A stretch of 24,000 nt of DNA, from assembly GCA_039930245.1 (NCBI GenBank), contig JBDSPR010000039.1, forward strand, positions 1 through 24,000. The letters are read 5' to 3'. Source of the DNA: Chitinophagaceae bacterium. GTDB lineage: Bacteria > Bacteroidota > Bacteroidia > Chitinophagales > Chitinophagaceae. Shown here piece after piece: positions 7,663 through 14,919 of this stretch. Made by a program: the position numbers and the translations under genes. The notes under the pieces are model-generated. The model made no database searches. It saw only the letters and a list, made by a program, of their open reading frames with translations, and was not told the origin of the DNA. How positions within the stretch are numbered: the first letter of the stretch is position 1; the number at the start of each line of letters is the position of its first letter.

Positions 7663-8662
7663 ATGACTTTAGTTTAAACTCTTCTTTTATGAACCCTTTT
7701 AATTCTTTTTTGAAATTAATGGCCTTAGACTCTTGAATACCAACAAAAAGCTTTTGAGACAAAATAAAATATTCAATAGTTTGTTCTTGAGAAAACTTTG
7801 GCATGTTAGCAATTTCTGAGATTCTATTTTTTGATTCTTTGCAATATCCCGAATACAAATCAAGAAAGCTTCGATATTCTTTGTCAGTTTCATCATAAGA
7901 TGAAATGAAAATTAGCCATCTAAGGTATGTGTCAAGTATATAGAATGAAAATGTCAAAAAAGCTGAATTCACGGAAAGTAAATCATCACGTTTAAAATAT
8001 TCCTCGAAATCATCATTGTAGTAAATTCTAGGAATAATTACAGAATTTTCAAGGCCTTCGATTCTAAATAACGAATCTCCCATTCCGGTCTTTGGAAAAA
8101 TTGGAAAGTGATTACCGCCAACATCTTTTACTTCATCAAGTAATACTTTGAAATCCTCTCCAGTTGAAAGAATCGAATATGGCATTGATGCCTTTTTTGG
8201 TGTTTTTCTTTTCGCTTCTATTTCTCTGGTTAAATAGTAAGATAAAGAAATAGAATCTCTTGTATCAGATAAGGGAATTTCTATTTCTACTTCCTTTGTT
8301 TTTGATATTTCCGAAAGCGATATTCTCTTTTGAGCGCTACACCATTTTGATTTTTTGCATGAAGCTTGAATACGAATACACAAAACATCAAACGGGTTTT
8401 CCTGCTCATTTACTAGAAAATTTAAATCTTTGAAACTATACCCCTCGTTGAAAAAAATGCAAAATCTCAAATAAAGAGTAGTATTATCTTCTCTTAGCCT
8501 TAATCTCGTACCATCCTCAAAAAAGTGGTTAAAGAGGTTCAAGACCTGGTTGCCAGGCATTTTGATGGTAGCGTTTACTGAAGGAATGAATGCACCACAT
8601 TCTAAACCAAATAGATTGTCCATTTTGTCATACGTATCGATTGATATATTTCTCTCACTCAT
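7637..8662 (-). CDS. Hypothetical protein, operon gene 3 (function unknown)
   Basis: ORF runs 7637-8734. I prefer the start at 8662 (MSERNISID...) because that ATG overlaps the TGA of the upstream gene as ATGA (8659-8662). No motif recognised. The N-terminal half looks beta-rich and the C-terminal half helical. Confidence 0.6.
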   Translation of the reverse strand: MSERNISIDTYDKMDNLFGLECGAFIPSVNATIKMPGNQVLNLFNHFFEDGTRLRLREDNTTLYLRFCIFFNEGYSFKDLNFLVNEQENPFDVLCIRIQASCKKSKWCSAQKRISLSEISKTKEVEIEIPLSDTRDSISLSYYLTREIEAKRKTPKKASMPYSILSTGEDFKVLLDEVKDVGGNHFPIFPKTGMGDSLFRIEGLENSVIIPRIYYNDDFEEYFKRDDLLSVNSAFLTFSFYILDTYLRWLIFISSYDETDKEYRSFLDLYSGYCKESKNRISEIANMPKFSQEQTIEYFILSQKLFVGIQESKAINFKKELKGFIKEEFKLKSYESIQNIN

Positions 8663-10608
8663 AATATAAGATTTGCGGTTGCTTTTATGATAGGCTCTAC
8701 ATTTTGAAATGCACGATTGCCAAGAATATTGCAAGTCCTAACTGTAATAGCCTTGGCTTCTTTTGGAGAGAGTTGGACAGATGGATTCTCTCCTGCTGAG
8801 AGCAGGACATCCTTCTCATCAAGAATTTCAAGATTTTTGAAATCATCTATTCCCAATACGTCAAAATCTTTTTCCCGCTCACCTTCTAATGAATTAATTT
8901 TGCCTTTAAATGTGATACAGATTGGTTTTTCCTCTGAATTTGAAATGACTCTGTAGTTAAATAAATATCTGCCTAGTTCATCGATTTTAGGCTCAGAAAT
9001 TTTTCTCATTAAAAATAATGATGTACCCCCCTTTTCATCCCCGGTGGATTTTAATTTCGTTAATTTTTTAAAGATTGAGCAAATATCTTTTGGTGCGCTG
9101 ACGATTTTCTCCTTTACAATAAACTTTCGTAGAATTTTACCTATTTCTCTAAAAATGCCATAAATCCCGGTCTCCGGTCTTGGACTTTTACCATCAAACC
9201 GTTCTAGAAAGCAGATTGGATAATCTTCTCTCGTTTGACACCATTTATTATGTGATGGGTTTTCCGAATATGCTAAATATAAGTCTAGATGTCTTTTTGC
9301 ATCTTCTTTCGGCTCACTTTTACATAATAGACCAGTGAACAATATGCTTTCAAATCGGATATCTTTCGTTTCAAATGCCATGTAGTGATTAATTGTCATT
9401 CCCCTATTTCTTGTAAGGGCAACTTTGTTTTCTGTTTCCCAGATGTCTTCAAAGTCTTCATCTTCCTCTATAATTCTAATTACTAGGTCTGCATTCGCAA
9501 TTCTTTTTATGAAGGCAAAGGAGTTACTGGCTCTTTTAAACTCAGGCTTTAACTTAGGAACCTGAACGGAAAATGTTTCAAGCTTTAAATTCTTTTGTTT
9601 CGGTGCTTTGTCGAAATACCAATCTAATATTTCAACCTTATATTTAAGCTGACTAATTCCTCTTAAAGTATTGGAATCTATTTTAATAAAACTTCCACCA
9701 GCCTCAATTTCAATGATGAGATTTCCATGATATATAGGGATGAACCAGTTTTTAAGAATCTGATCACGAAACTCATTAAAGATTTTATTTAAATCAGGGT
9801 CTTCTAAAAATGAATTAAAGAAAGGCACAAAAAAAGTCGTACCGTAATTCTTGTTCCGTACCCTCAAATTTAGTTTGTTTGCGAAGTCGTCTGCTTGTTC
9901 ATTTACATATGGATCAACATCTTTGCCGTTCTGACAAAACCAACCCTCCCCGAGATAGGTTTTTTCCTCACCAAGATTATAGAATGGGGCGATAGCACAT
10001 CTTCCCATAAATCTTTTTTTGTGTACCGCATTATTTTTTTTATCTGTCCAAGCGTCTTCAAATTCTGTATATGAAAACCACATCCAAAGCGAAGACGAAA
10101 AGGTGAAAACAGAACTTCCTTTACCCCAGGTTCCGCCACTATTAATATTTTCCTTTTTCGTTTCATTGTCATCTACCATCCTCATTAGCGAATTAAAATT
10201 CGACGGCGTCGGCATCTCATTTTCATATCCGTTTACAGATCCATTAAGACCAATACAATTTTGTTCTTCAATTGTTAGAGAAAAAAGATTGTTTTCGCCC
10301 CCCTTCAATAAATTATACCCGTCTTGCATCTTAATTTTTGCATCCTCTTGCGCTTTTTCATGTGATCTTTCATAATAAGTTAGACAATCGCTACCAAATA
10401 TGTTTTTAAAATTTTCTAAATCTTTAGTAGTCCAATCCTTAATCGTAAATTTTACAAGTGTGGGACTCGTGTCATTTTTTCTAACGTCAAGCGAATTTTG
10501 GATTATTTCTCTAACCAACGATTTAATAGAGTGGTCTTCAAGATCTTTCAGCCTTAATGGCCGCTTATTCTGACCAGCGTTTCCTTCTTGTGATTGATAA
10601 TACCACAT
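8659..10608 (-). CDS. GHKL (Bergerat-fold, MORC/MutL/Hsp90-type) ATPase-like protein, operon gene 2
   Basis: 649 aa. N-terminal N-box-like E34-IIQ-N37-SL-D41 (VREIIQNSLDV; compare ELVENSLDA in MutL). G2-box-like GGTWGKGSSVFTF at aa 158-170. The DxGxG position is degenerate (QNCIGL, aa 116-121). No HisKA, transmembrane or receiver features. The C-terminal ~450 aa are unassigned. Confidence 0.55.
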   Translation of the reverse strand: MWYYQSQEGNAGQNKRPLRLKDLEDHSIKSLVREIIQNSLDVRKNDTSPTLVKFTIKDWTTKDLENFKNIFGSDCLTYYERSHEKAQEDAKIKMQDGYNLLKGGENNLFSLTIEEQNCIGLNGSVNGYENEMPTPSNFNSLMRMVDDNETKKENINSGGTWGKGSSVFTFSSSLWMWFSYTEFEDAWTDKKNNAVHKKRFMGRCAIAPFYNLGEEKTYLGEGWFCQNGKDVDPYVNEQADDFANKLNLRVRNKNYGTTFFVPFFNSFLEDPDLNKIFNEFRDQILKNWFIPIYHGNLIIEIEAGGSFIKIDSNTLRGISQLKYKVEILDWYFDKAPKQKNLKLETFSVQVPKLKPEFKRASNSFAFIKRIANADLVIRIIEEDEDFEDIWETENKVALTRNRGMTINHYMAFETKDIRFESILFTGLLCKSEPKEDAKRHLDLYLAYSENPSHNKWCQTREDYPICFLERFDGKSPRPETGIYGIFREIGKILRKFIVKEKIVSAPKDICSIFKKLTKLKSTGDEKGGTSLFLMRKISEPKIDELGRYLFNYRVISNSEEKPICITFKGKINSLEGEREKDFDVLGIDDFKNLEILDEKDVLLSAGENPSVQLSPKEAKAITVRTCNILGNRAFQNVEPIIKATANLIL

Positions 10609-10613
10609 ATTGT

Positions 10614-11663
10614 TTAATTTTTGTAGCCAAGTGTTTTTCTACCAAATTCGCTTACACCATATTTTACATAGATGCCATCTTTCTCTTTCTTAATAAGTCC
10701 CAGTTCAAACATTCTGGCAGTTATACCCGCCCTTTGAGTGTTAATCACGGCGTTCGTCACCCCCCATATTCTCCCAAATGTTGTTTCTATTTCCGTGTTT
10801 AATAACACTCTTTCATTTTTTCCGCTACTAATTTTCTCAAGCATCCACTGAATAGCACCATATTCTCCTTTCACATTTTCTTTAATATGAGCGAGATAAT
10901 AAAGACTTTCTTCTTCATTCAATGAATTATCAAGGTCATCATTATCTAATACTGAGTTAGCAATTAAAGAAAACCTTAAACCTGGTTCTGTCAGACCAAT
11001 CATTTTTTTCTTCTTTTCTTCATAAATATTACAAAATTTCATAAGGGACATTGCACCATCCATTAGTCCGTCTTTCCGCAGATAAACCATGAATTGAAAC
11101 TTATAACGGTTCCGGCTTTTTTCATCAGAAGAAGGGAGAGCCGCGGAAATTTTCTCACCTCTCATTTTATTATTCCTTTTTTCATATACCCTAATTTGGT
11201 CTCCCATAGTAGCGGCTTCAGTAGAAACCATTTCAAGAAATTCATTTAATTCTATTGATTGCCTGGTTGCCAGAATCTGGTGAAGAATCCTCACGCCAAC
11301 CTTTACAGGAAATATTTTATTTACCTGTCCCCAGATCCACGCTTCATTTTCCTGAATCTTTTGGGAGGCATATACGAGGTCCTTAAACTCGGGTGGGTTA
11401 ACGACTGTGTTGAAAGCAGGGATATTTTTCAAAGCAAGCCTTTCAAAATTATCCTGCTCATACATGATATTATCAATATTGGTCGCTTGGGATTTTTTGT
11501 CGGATGTATATGGCATCAGGTCACTTATTTCATTTTCTTCAAGGGATAGCTGGTTCTCAATTGCGGTACTGATAAATTGGGATATAGACCCATAATTTCC
11601 TTTGTCAAAATACTTTTGGATGGAACGAGCTTGCTTTGGAGTAATATCTATTATATACCTCAT
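10614..11663 (-). CDS. Ribbon-helix-helix-like N-terminal domain protein, operon gene 1
   Basis: ORF runs 10614-11687. I prefer the start at 11663 (MRYIIDITPKQARSIQKYFDKGNYGSISQFISTAIENQL) because a TATGTTTG -7-like promoter motif overlaps the first ATG. That segment has the strand/helix/G-x-S/helix layout of CopG/Arc-type RHH domains. The C-terminus (INTQRAGITARMFELGLIKKEKDGIYVKYGVSEFG) looks winged-helix-like. Confidence 0.55.
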   Translation of the reverse strand: MRYIIDITPKQARSIQKYFDKGNYGSISQFISTAIENQLSLEENEISDLMPYTSDKKSQATNIDNIMYEQDNFERLALKNIPAFNTVVNPPEFKDLVYASQKIQENEAWIWGQVNKIFPVKVGVRILHQILATRQSIELNEFLEMVSTEAATMGDQIRVYEKRNNKMRGEKISAALPSSDEKSRNRYKFQFMVYLRKDGLMDGAMSLMKFCNIYEEKKKKMIGLTEPGLRFSLIANSVLDNDDLDNSLNEEESLYYLAHIKENVKGEYGAIQWMLEKISSGKNERVLLNTEIETTFGRIWGVTNAVINTQRAGITARMFELGLIKKEKDGIYVKYGVSEFGRKTLGYKN

Positions 11664-11680
11664 TTTATGTGTTTCAATAA

Positions 11681-11688
11681 CAAACATA
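11681..11688 (-). promoter_or_regulatory. Candidate Bacteroidota -7 promoter element (TAnnTTTG) for the four-gene operon
   Basis: The minus strand reads TATGTTTG at 11688-11681. A partial -33-like GTTG lies 20 nt upstream (about 11712-11709). The implied transcription start falls between the two candidate ATGs, favouring the 11663 start. Confidence 0.3.
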
Positions 11689-11774
11689 CAATACTTCGTA
11701 CATAGTTACAACACTATATAGAAAATCATTTGATTTTCCTCATACACTTGATCTTAGTAACTGATTTTCAGACC

Positions 11775-11805
11775 TTTGATAAGAATGAGATATTTCCTAA
11801 TTTTG
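11775..11805 (+). promoter_or_regulatory. Candidate Bacteroidota promoter (-33 TTTG / -7 TAATTTTG) for the 82-aa/kinase pair
   Basis: TTTG at 11775-11778 and TAATTTTG at 11798-11805 are separated by a 19-nt spacer, about 40 nt upstream of the ATG at 11844. This matches the Bacteroides-type sigma-A consensus TTTG-N19-21-TAnnTTTG. Confidence 0.4.
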
Positions 11806-11843
11806 TATGGCAAATCCATTGAATAACCCTCTACTTACTATCT

Positions 11844-12092
11844 ATGAAAAAGAAAATGTTTGAGCTTTCGGGTCTGCTTGCAATACAAATATTGAGAAAA
11901 GAGAAGTTAGGCAATGGGCACCCGTTTATGATTAATTCTCCACAATTGCCAGAGGGACAATGTTATCTGGAATATCCGAACGGGTTAATACAAATTGTTG
12001 CTCTGTCCAAATCAAGAAAAGATTTCGAAAAAATAAAGCAGTTGTCAAAAAAAGAATCTATCTCCCTGCTTCAATCGCTCCAGCTCACCTAA
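11844..12092 (+). CDS. Small hypothetical protein (possible antitoxin partner of the downstream kinase)
   Basis: 82-aa ORF ending 6 nt before the P-loop kinase gene on the same strand, with a plausible promoter upstream. No family recognised. Confidence 0.5.
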   Translation: MKKKMFELSGLLAIQILRKEKLGNGHPFMINSPQLPEGQCYLEYPNGLIQIVALSKSRKDFEKIKQLSKKESISLLQSLQLT

Positions 12093-12098
12093 AATCTA

Positions 12099-12761
12099 AT
12101 GCCGGATCTATATATAATAACCGGTTCTAATGGGGCTGGCAAGTCTTCCGTTGGCCCATACTATCTACCCGATAATATAAAAAAGGAGTATGAAGTTTTT
12201 GATGGAGATAAACTATTTAGCAAAAAAAGGAAAGAGCTTTTCAAAGTTAAAACGCAGTCTCTGAAAGAAGCAAAGCAACTGGCTACAGATTGGTTGCACG
12301 AAGAGTTTGAAAGAAGAGTATCCGATGCAATTTCCAAAAAAGATCATTTTGTTTATGAAGGCCATCTCCCTGAAAAAGATAATTGGAAAACGCCATTGCG
12401 CTTTAAGAAAGCTGGTTATAGAATTAACCTGATTTTTTTAGGATTAACGGATACAAATATCTCTTACTTGAGAGTTTTGGAAAGGGCCAAAATCGGGGGG
12501 CATAATGTGCCACCGTATGAAATAGAACGAAATTATTATGGAAACCTGCATCAACTCAATAATCACTATTCAATAATTGATTACCTTGAAATACATGACA
12601 CCTCGGTAACACCTATCCTCAAACCGCTGGCAATTTTTAAAAAGGGAAAAGTAGAATGGTGTTTGCCAGTGAAAGAACTCCCCCTGTGGTTTGAGGATGA
12701 ACTTCCTGATTTATTTCAATTAGCGTATGAAAAAAACAACCCTTTGGAGTTTGAGGAATGA
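12099..12761 (+). CDS. Zeta-toxin-like / COG4185-type P-loop kinase
   Basis: 220 aa. N-terminal Walker A LYIITGSNGAGKSS in the position and context typical of zeta-toxin-family small kinases, and of typical size for that family. Confidence 0.6.
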   Translation: MPDLYIITGSNGAGKSSVGPYYLPDNIKKEYEVFDGDKLFSKKRKELFKVKTQSLKEAKQLATDWLHEEFERRVSDAISKKDHFVYEGHLPEKDNWKTPLRFKKAGYRINLIFLGLTDTNISYLRVLERAKIGGHNVPPYEIERNYYGNLHQLNNHYSIIDYLEIHDTSVTPILKPLAIFKKGKVEWCLPVKELPLWFEDELPDLFQLAYEKNNPLEFEE

Positions 12762-12789
12762 AATATTTTAGGAATAGTATTTTAATTTC

Positions 12790-13054
12790 ATGAGCTTTTT
12801 GTACTAATATTTATCGCCCTCTCCCTGCATCTCCCCACCCAACCACAAAAACTCTATAAAATAATCGCCTACTACACCGGCAATACGGAAACGATCAAAC
12901 AATACCCGGTAGAAAAGCTGACCCATATCATCTACAGCTTCTTAAAACTCCAAAACGATACGCTTACGTTTCATAACGAACAGCAAAGAAAAACACTGGA
13001 GCAGCTGGTGCAACTGAAAAAGACCTACCCGCAGTTAAAGATCATGGTATCCGT
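12790..13054 (+). pseudogene. Truncated, frameshifted 5' fragment of a GH18 hydrolase gene (diverged copy of 14920-15186)
   Basis: Aligns by eye with the first ~88 codons of the intact gene at 14920: YKIIAYYTGNTETIKQYPVEKLTHIIYSFLKLQNDTLTFHNEQQRKTLEQLVQLKKTYPQLKIMVS versus YKIIAYYTGNGETIKQYPVEKLTHIIYSFLKLQNDTLGFHNDDQRKTLEQLVQLKKTHPQLKIMVS. The ATG at 12790 is out of frame with this reading frame. Similarity stops at about 13054. Confidence 0.85.
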
Positions 13055-13098
13055 TAGAGAAAAAAAGAAGAAGAAAGCGAGTAGTTTTTGTTAATTTT

Positions 13099-14646
13099 TT
13101 AAATACCCGCCACCGGATGCCCTTTCATTGTTTCGCTTACCAGGTAGGCTATAAATTTTGTAAAAGGCTCAATATCCCTATCCACACTTGCTTTCTCCAA
13201 TAACTGCATATACCTGTCGCGTTCCTGTACAGGTATTACCGTCCAGGGATATCCCCCCGAGGCCAGCATTACATTCATTAAAAAACGGCCCATCCTGCCA
13301 TTGCCATCCATATAAGGATGGATATAAACAAATATAAAATGCCCCAGCACGGCTCTTACAGACGCTTCAGGTTCTTTTTGTATCAGCTCAAATAGTACAG
13401 GCATCACATCACGAACAGCATCCTGGCTCATGGGGACATGCTTTGATCCGCTGATATAAACGGGCTGATTGCGATAGCCGGCGAGGTCAGCTGCTTTTAA
13501 TAAACCCACGGCTACACTGGGAGCAAATAATTCCCGGTACCAGTCTCCGTGGTCCTTATCGGTAACTAATCCCGCATTGCCGCCATTTAATATTTTCTGT
13601 ATGCTTTCTCTTAGTTTTTGCGTGGCTTGCCAGTAACCTCTGGCAGCCATCGCATCTCTCTGTTTTTTATCTTCAGCATTATTCGTGATATCCCAGGCCC
13701 CACCCCTCACCTTATCTACCAAGGCAGGTGTTACCCGGTATCGTTCTATGGATAAGGAATGATAAGCATCTGTCACATATAGATCCTCCACTTGTTTCAT
13801 GTATGCTTCATGATCGGAAGGAATTCCCGGAGCTTTTGGAAAATGTGCTATAACAATATCTCTCATTTCATACCATAGCAGTTTTATCCTGTTTATATGC
13901 GGCGAATACTCTTTTGCTGCTAAACCGGCAGGAATAGTTGTCTTAAAAGGATTCGTTTCCCGTGTATCGTACCCTGCTGCCATCATTGTGCTTAGTATGT
14001 CGTCAGCGATCTTGTTTCTTTCTATATTCCGGAATGCTCCGGCTAAGCGGCCTGCTATAGTGGAATGTTCTCCTTCAAGCAACAACCCCGTTATTTCGGA
14101 AGAATCTTTTATCATTGCCAATGCGGTTCTCGTATCGGTTGCATCTTTTGTAAAGATGGCCGGTGTACAGTTAATGAGTGAAGAAGGCAGCGTTAACATC
14201 CGGATTCCTTCGATGATAATAAATTGAGCGGATTTCGGAATGGAAGATTCCCAGTGCCATAGGGAAACACCATGAGGTAAAGGAGTGCTGTGGTTGGCTT
14301 TTTTGGTGGTACGGATAATTAGCTGTTGCGGAACGGTCCAGTTACCGGAATGAATTAATAAAGCCTGATCAGGAGAAATAAAATAATCATCTCCATACCT
14401 GTCCGCTAGGTAGCCAGCACAAAAATGCCAGTAAGAAGCATACCAGGAAGTACTGTCACCAGGCTGTTCATCAGGAGGGGTTGAAATATACCAGCCCTTT
14501 GTAACTTGCTTAAGAAAACCATTTTTTAATAAACGGGTACGGTGTACTTTTGTCAGCTCAGCGGATTTTATCGCTACATTCCCTTTCTCTTGGAGTGCAT
14601 GTAATATCTCCAGGGACTCTGCTAGTTTTTCAGCGGGTTTCGCCAT
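13099..14646 (-). CDS. fic: Fic-domain protein with long N-terminal extension (AbiEi-like wHTH)
   Basis: 515 aa. Fic motif HPYMDGNGRMGR at aa 443-454 (HxFx[D/E]GNGRxxR with F to Y). Inhibitory-helix-like SLSIER at aa 297-302. The N-terminus (AIKSAELTKVHRTRLLKNGFLKQVTKGWYI) resembles AbiEi-type antitoxin wHTH domains. Confidence 0.85.
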   Translation of the reverse strand: MAKPAEKLAESLEILHALQEKGNVAIKSAELTKVHRTRLLKNGFLKQVTKGWYISTPPDEQPGDSTSWYASYWHFCAGYLADRYGDDYFISPDQALLIHSGNWTVPQQLIIRTTKKANHSTPLPHGVSLWHWESSIPKSAQFIIIEGIRMLTLPSSLINCTPAIFTKDATDTRTALAMIKDSSEITGLLLEGEHSTIAGRLAGAFRNIERNKIADDILSTMMAAGYDTRETNPFKTTIPAGLAAKEYSPHINRIKLLWYEMRDIVIAHFPKAPGIPSDHEAYMKQVEDLYVTDAYHSLSIERYRVTPALVDKVRGGAWDITNNAEDKKQRDAMAARGYWQATQKLRESIQKILNGGNAGLVTDKDHGDWYRELFAPSVAVGLLKAADLAGYRNQPVYISGSKHVPMSQDAVRDVMPVLFELIQKEPEASVRAVLGHFIFVYIHPYMDGNGRMGRFLMNVMLASGGYPWTVIPVQERDRYMQLLEKASVDRDIEPFTKFIAYLVSETMKGHPVAGI

Positions 14647-14683
14647 ATTTCTTCTTAGTTATTTGAATAACAACAATTTGTGC

Positions 14684-14779
14684 GATTACCAGGTTATACG
14701 GACGTGTAATTACCAGGTTATGTGGCTGTGTGATTGCCAGGTTATTCGGACGTACGATTACCAGGTTATGTGGCTAAAA
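14684..14779. repeat. Four phased 24-bp direct repeats (core [G/A]ATT[A/G]CCAGGTTAT) upstream of fic
   Basis: Cores start at 14684, 14708, 14732 and 14756, an exact 24-bp period. The array can also be read as 2 x 48 bp. It begins 38 nt upstream of the fic start codon (14646, minus strand). Confidence 0.85.
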
Positions 14780-14919
14780 TAATCATAATGGACTGAATAT
14801 CAAAACAATTTTTTAAAATAATATCCAAAGCCATGTCGTAGCGCGATATCAGCTCTGCTTCCAGCCCGGTCAGCCTGTACCCCAGCTCAGCTCAGCAGCA
14901 GATTATTTACCTTCCCCCC

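Larger units (their letters stand above)
5250..12780. other. AT-rich accessory (defence-type) island; boundaries approximate
   Basis: Spot counts on individual 60-nt lines gave about 28-35% G+C in the four-gene operon, versus one spot-counted line at about 62% and roughly 45-60% by eye in flanking metabolic genes. Contents are a methyltransferase, the unknown four-gene operon and a toxin-like kinase pair. No integrase was seen, so this is not called a mobile element. Confidence 0.5.

Noticed and set aside
8659-10608. Calling the GHKL-like protein a sensor histidine kinase
   Set aside because: The ATPase-like motifs are at the extreme N-terminus. There is no HisKA/H-box, no transmembrane segment and no adjacent response regulator. 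The architecture fits MutL/MORC-type proteins better.
6877-11688. Assigning the operon to the known dcm-linked MutL-like/Z1/AIPR (Mza-type) cluster or to BREX/DISARM/Dnd
   Set aside because: None of the four proteins has a canonical Walker A P-loop or helicase motifs, and none matches the size and order expected for Z1, AIPR, PglZ, BrxC/L or DndFGH-type components as I remember them. This cannot be excluded without profile searches.
14684-14779. Possible CRISPR array (also considered for 1550-1645)
   Set aside because: The repeats are directly adjacent with no unique spacers, the units are only 14 or 24 bp, and there are no cas genes. These are tandem repeats, not CRISPR.
5250-14919. Annotating the accessory region as a defined mobile element (ICE, transposon or prophage)
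   Set aside because: No integrase, transposase, conjugation or phage structural genes are present, there is no tRNA target, and no terminal inverted or direct repeats bound the whole region. Only the GH18 fragment repeat around fic was found.
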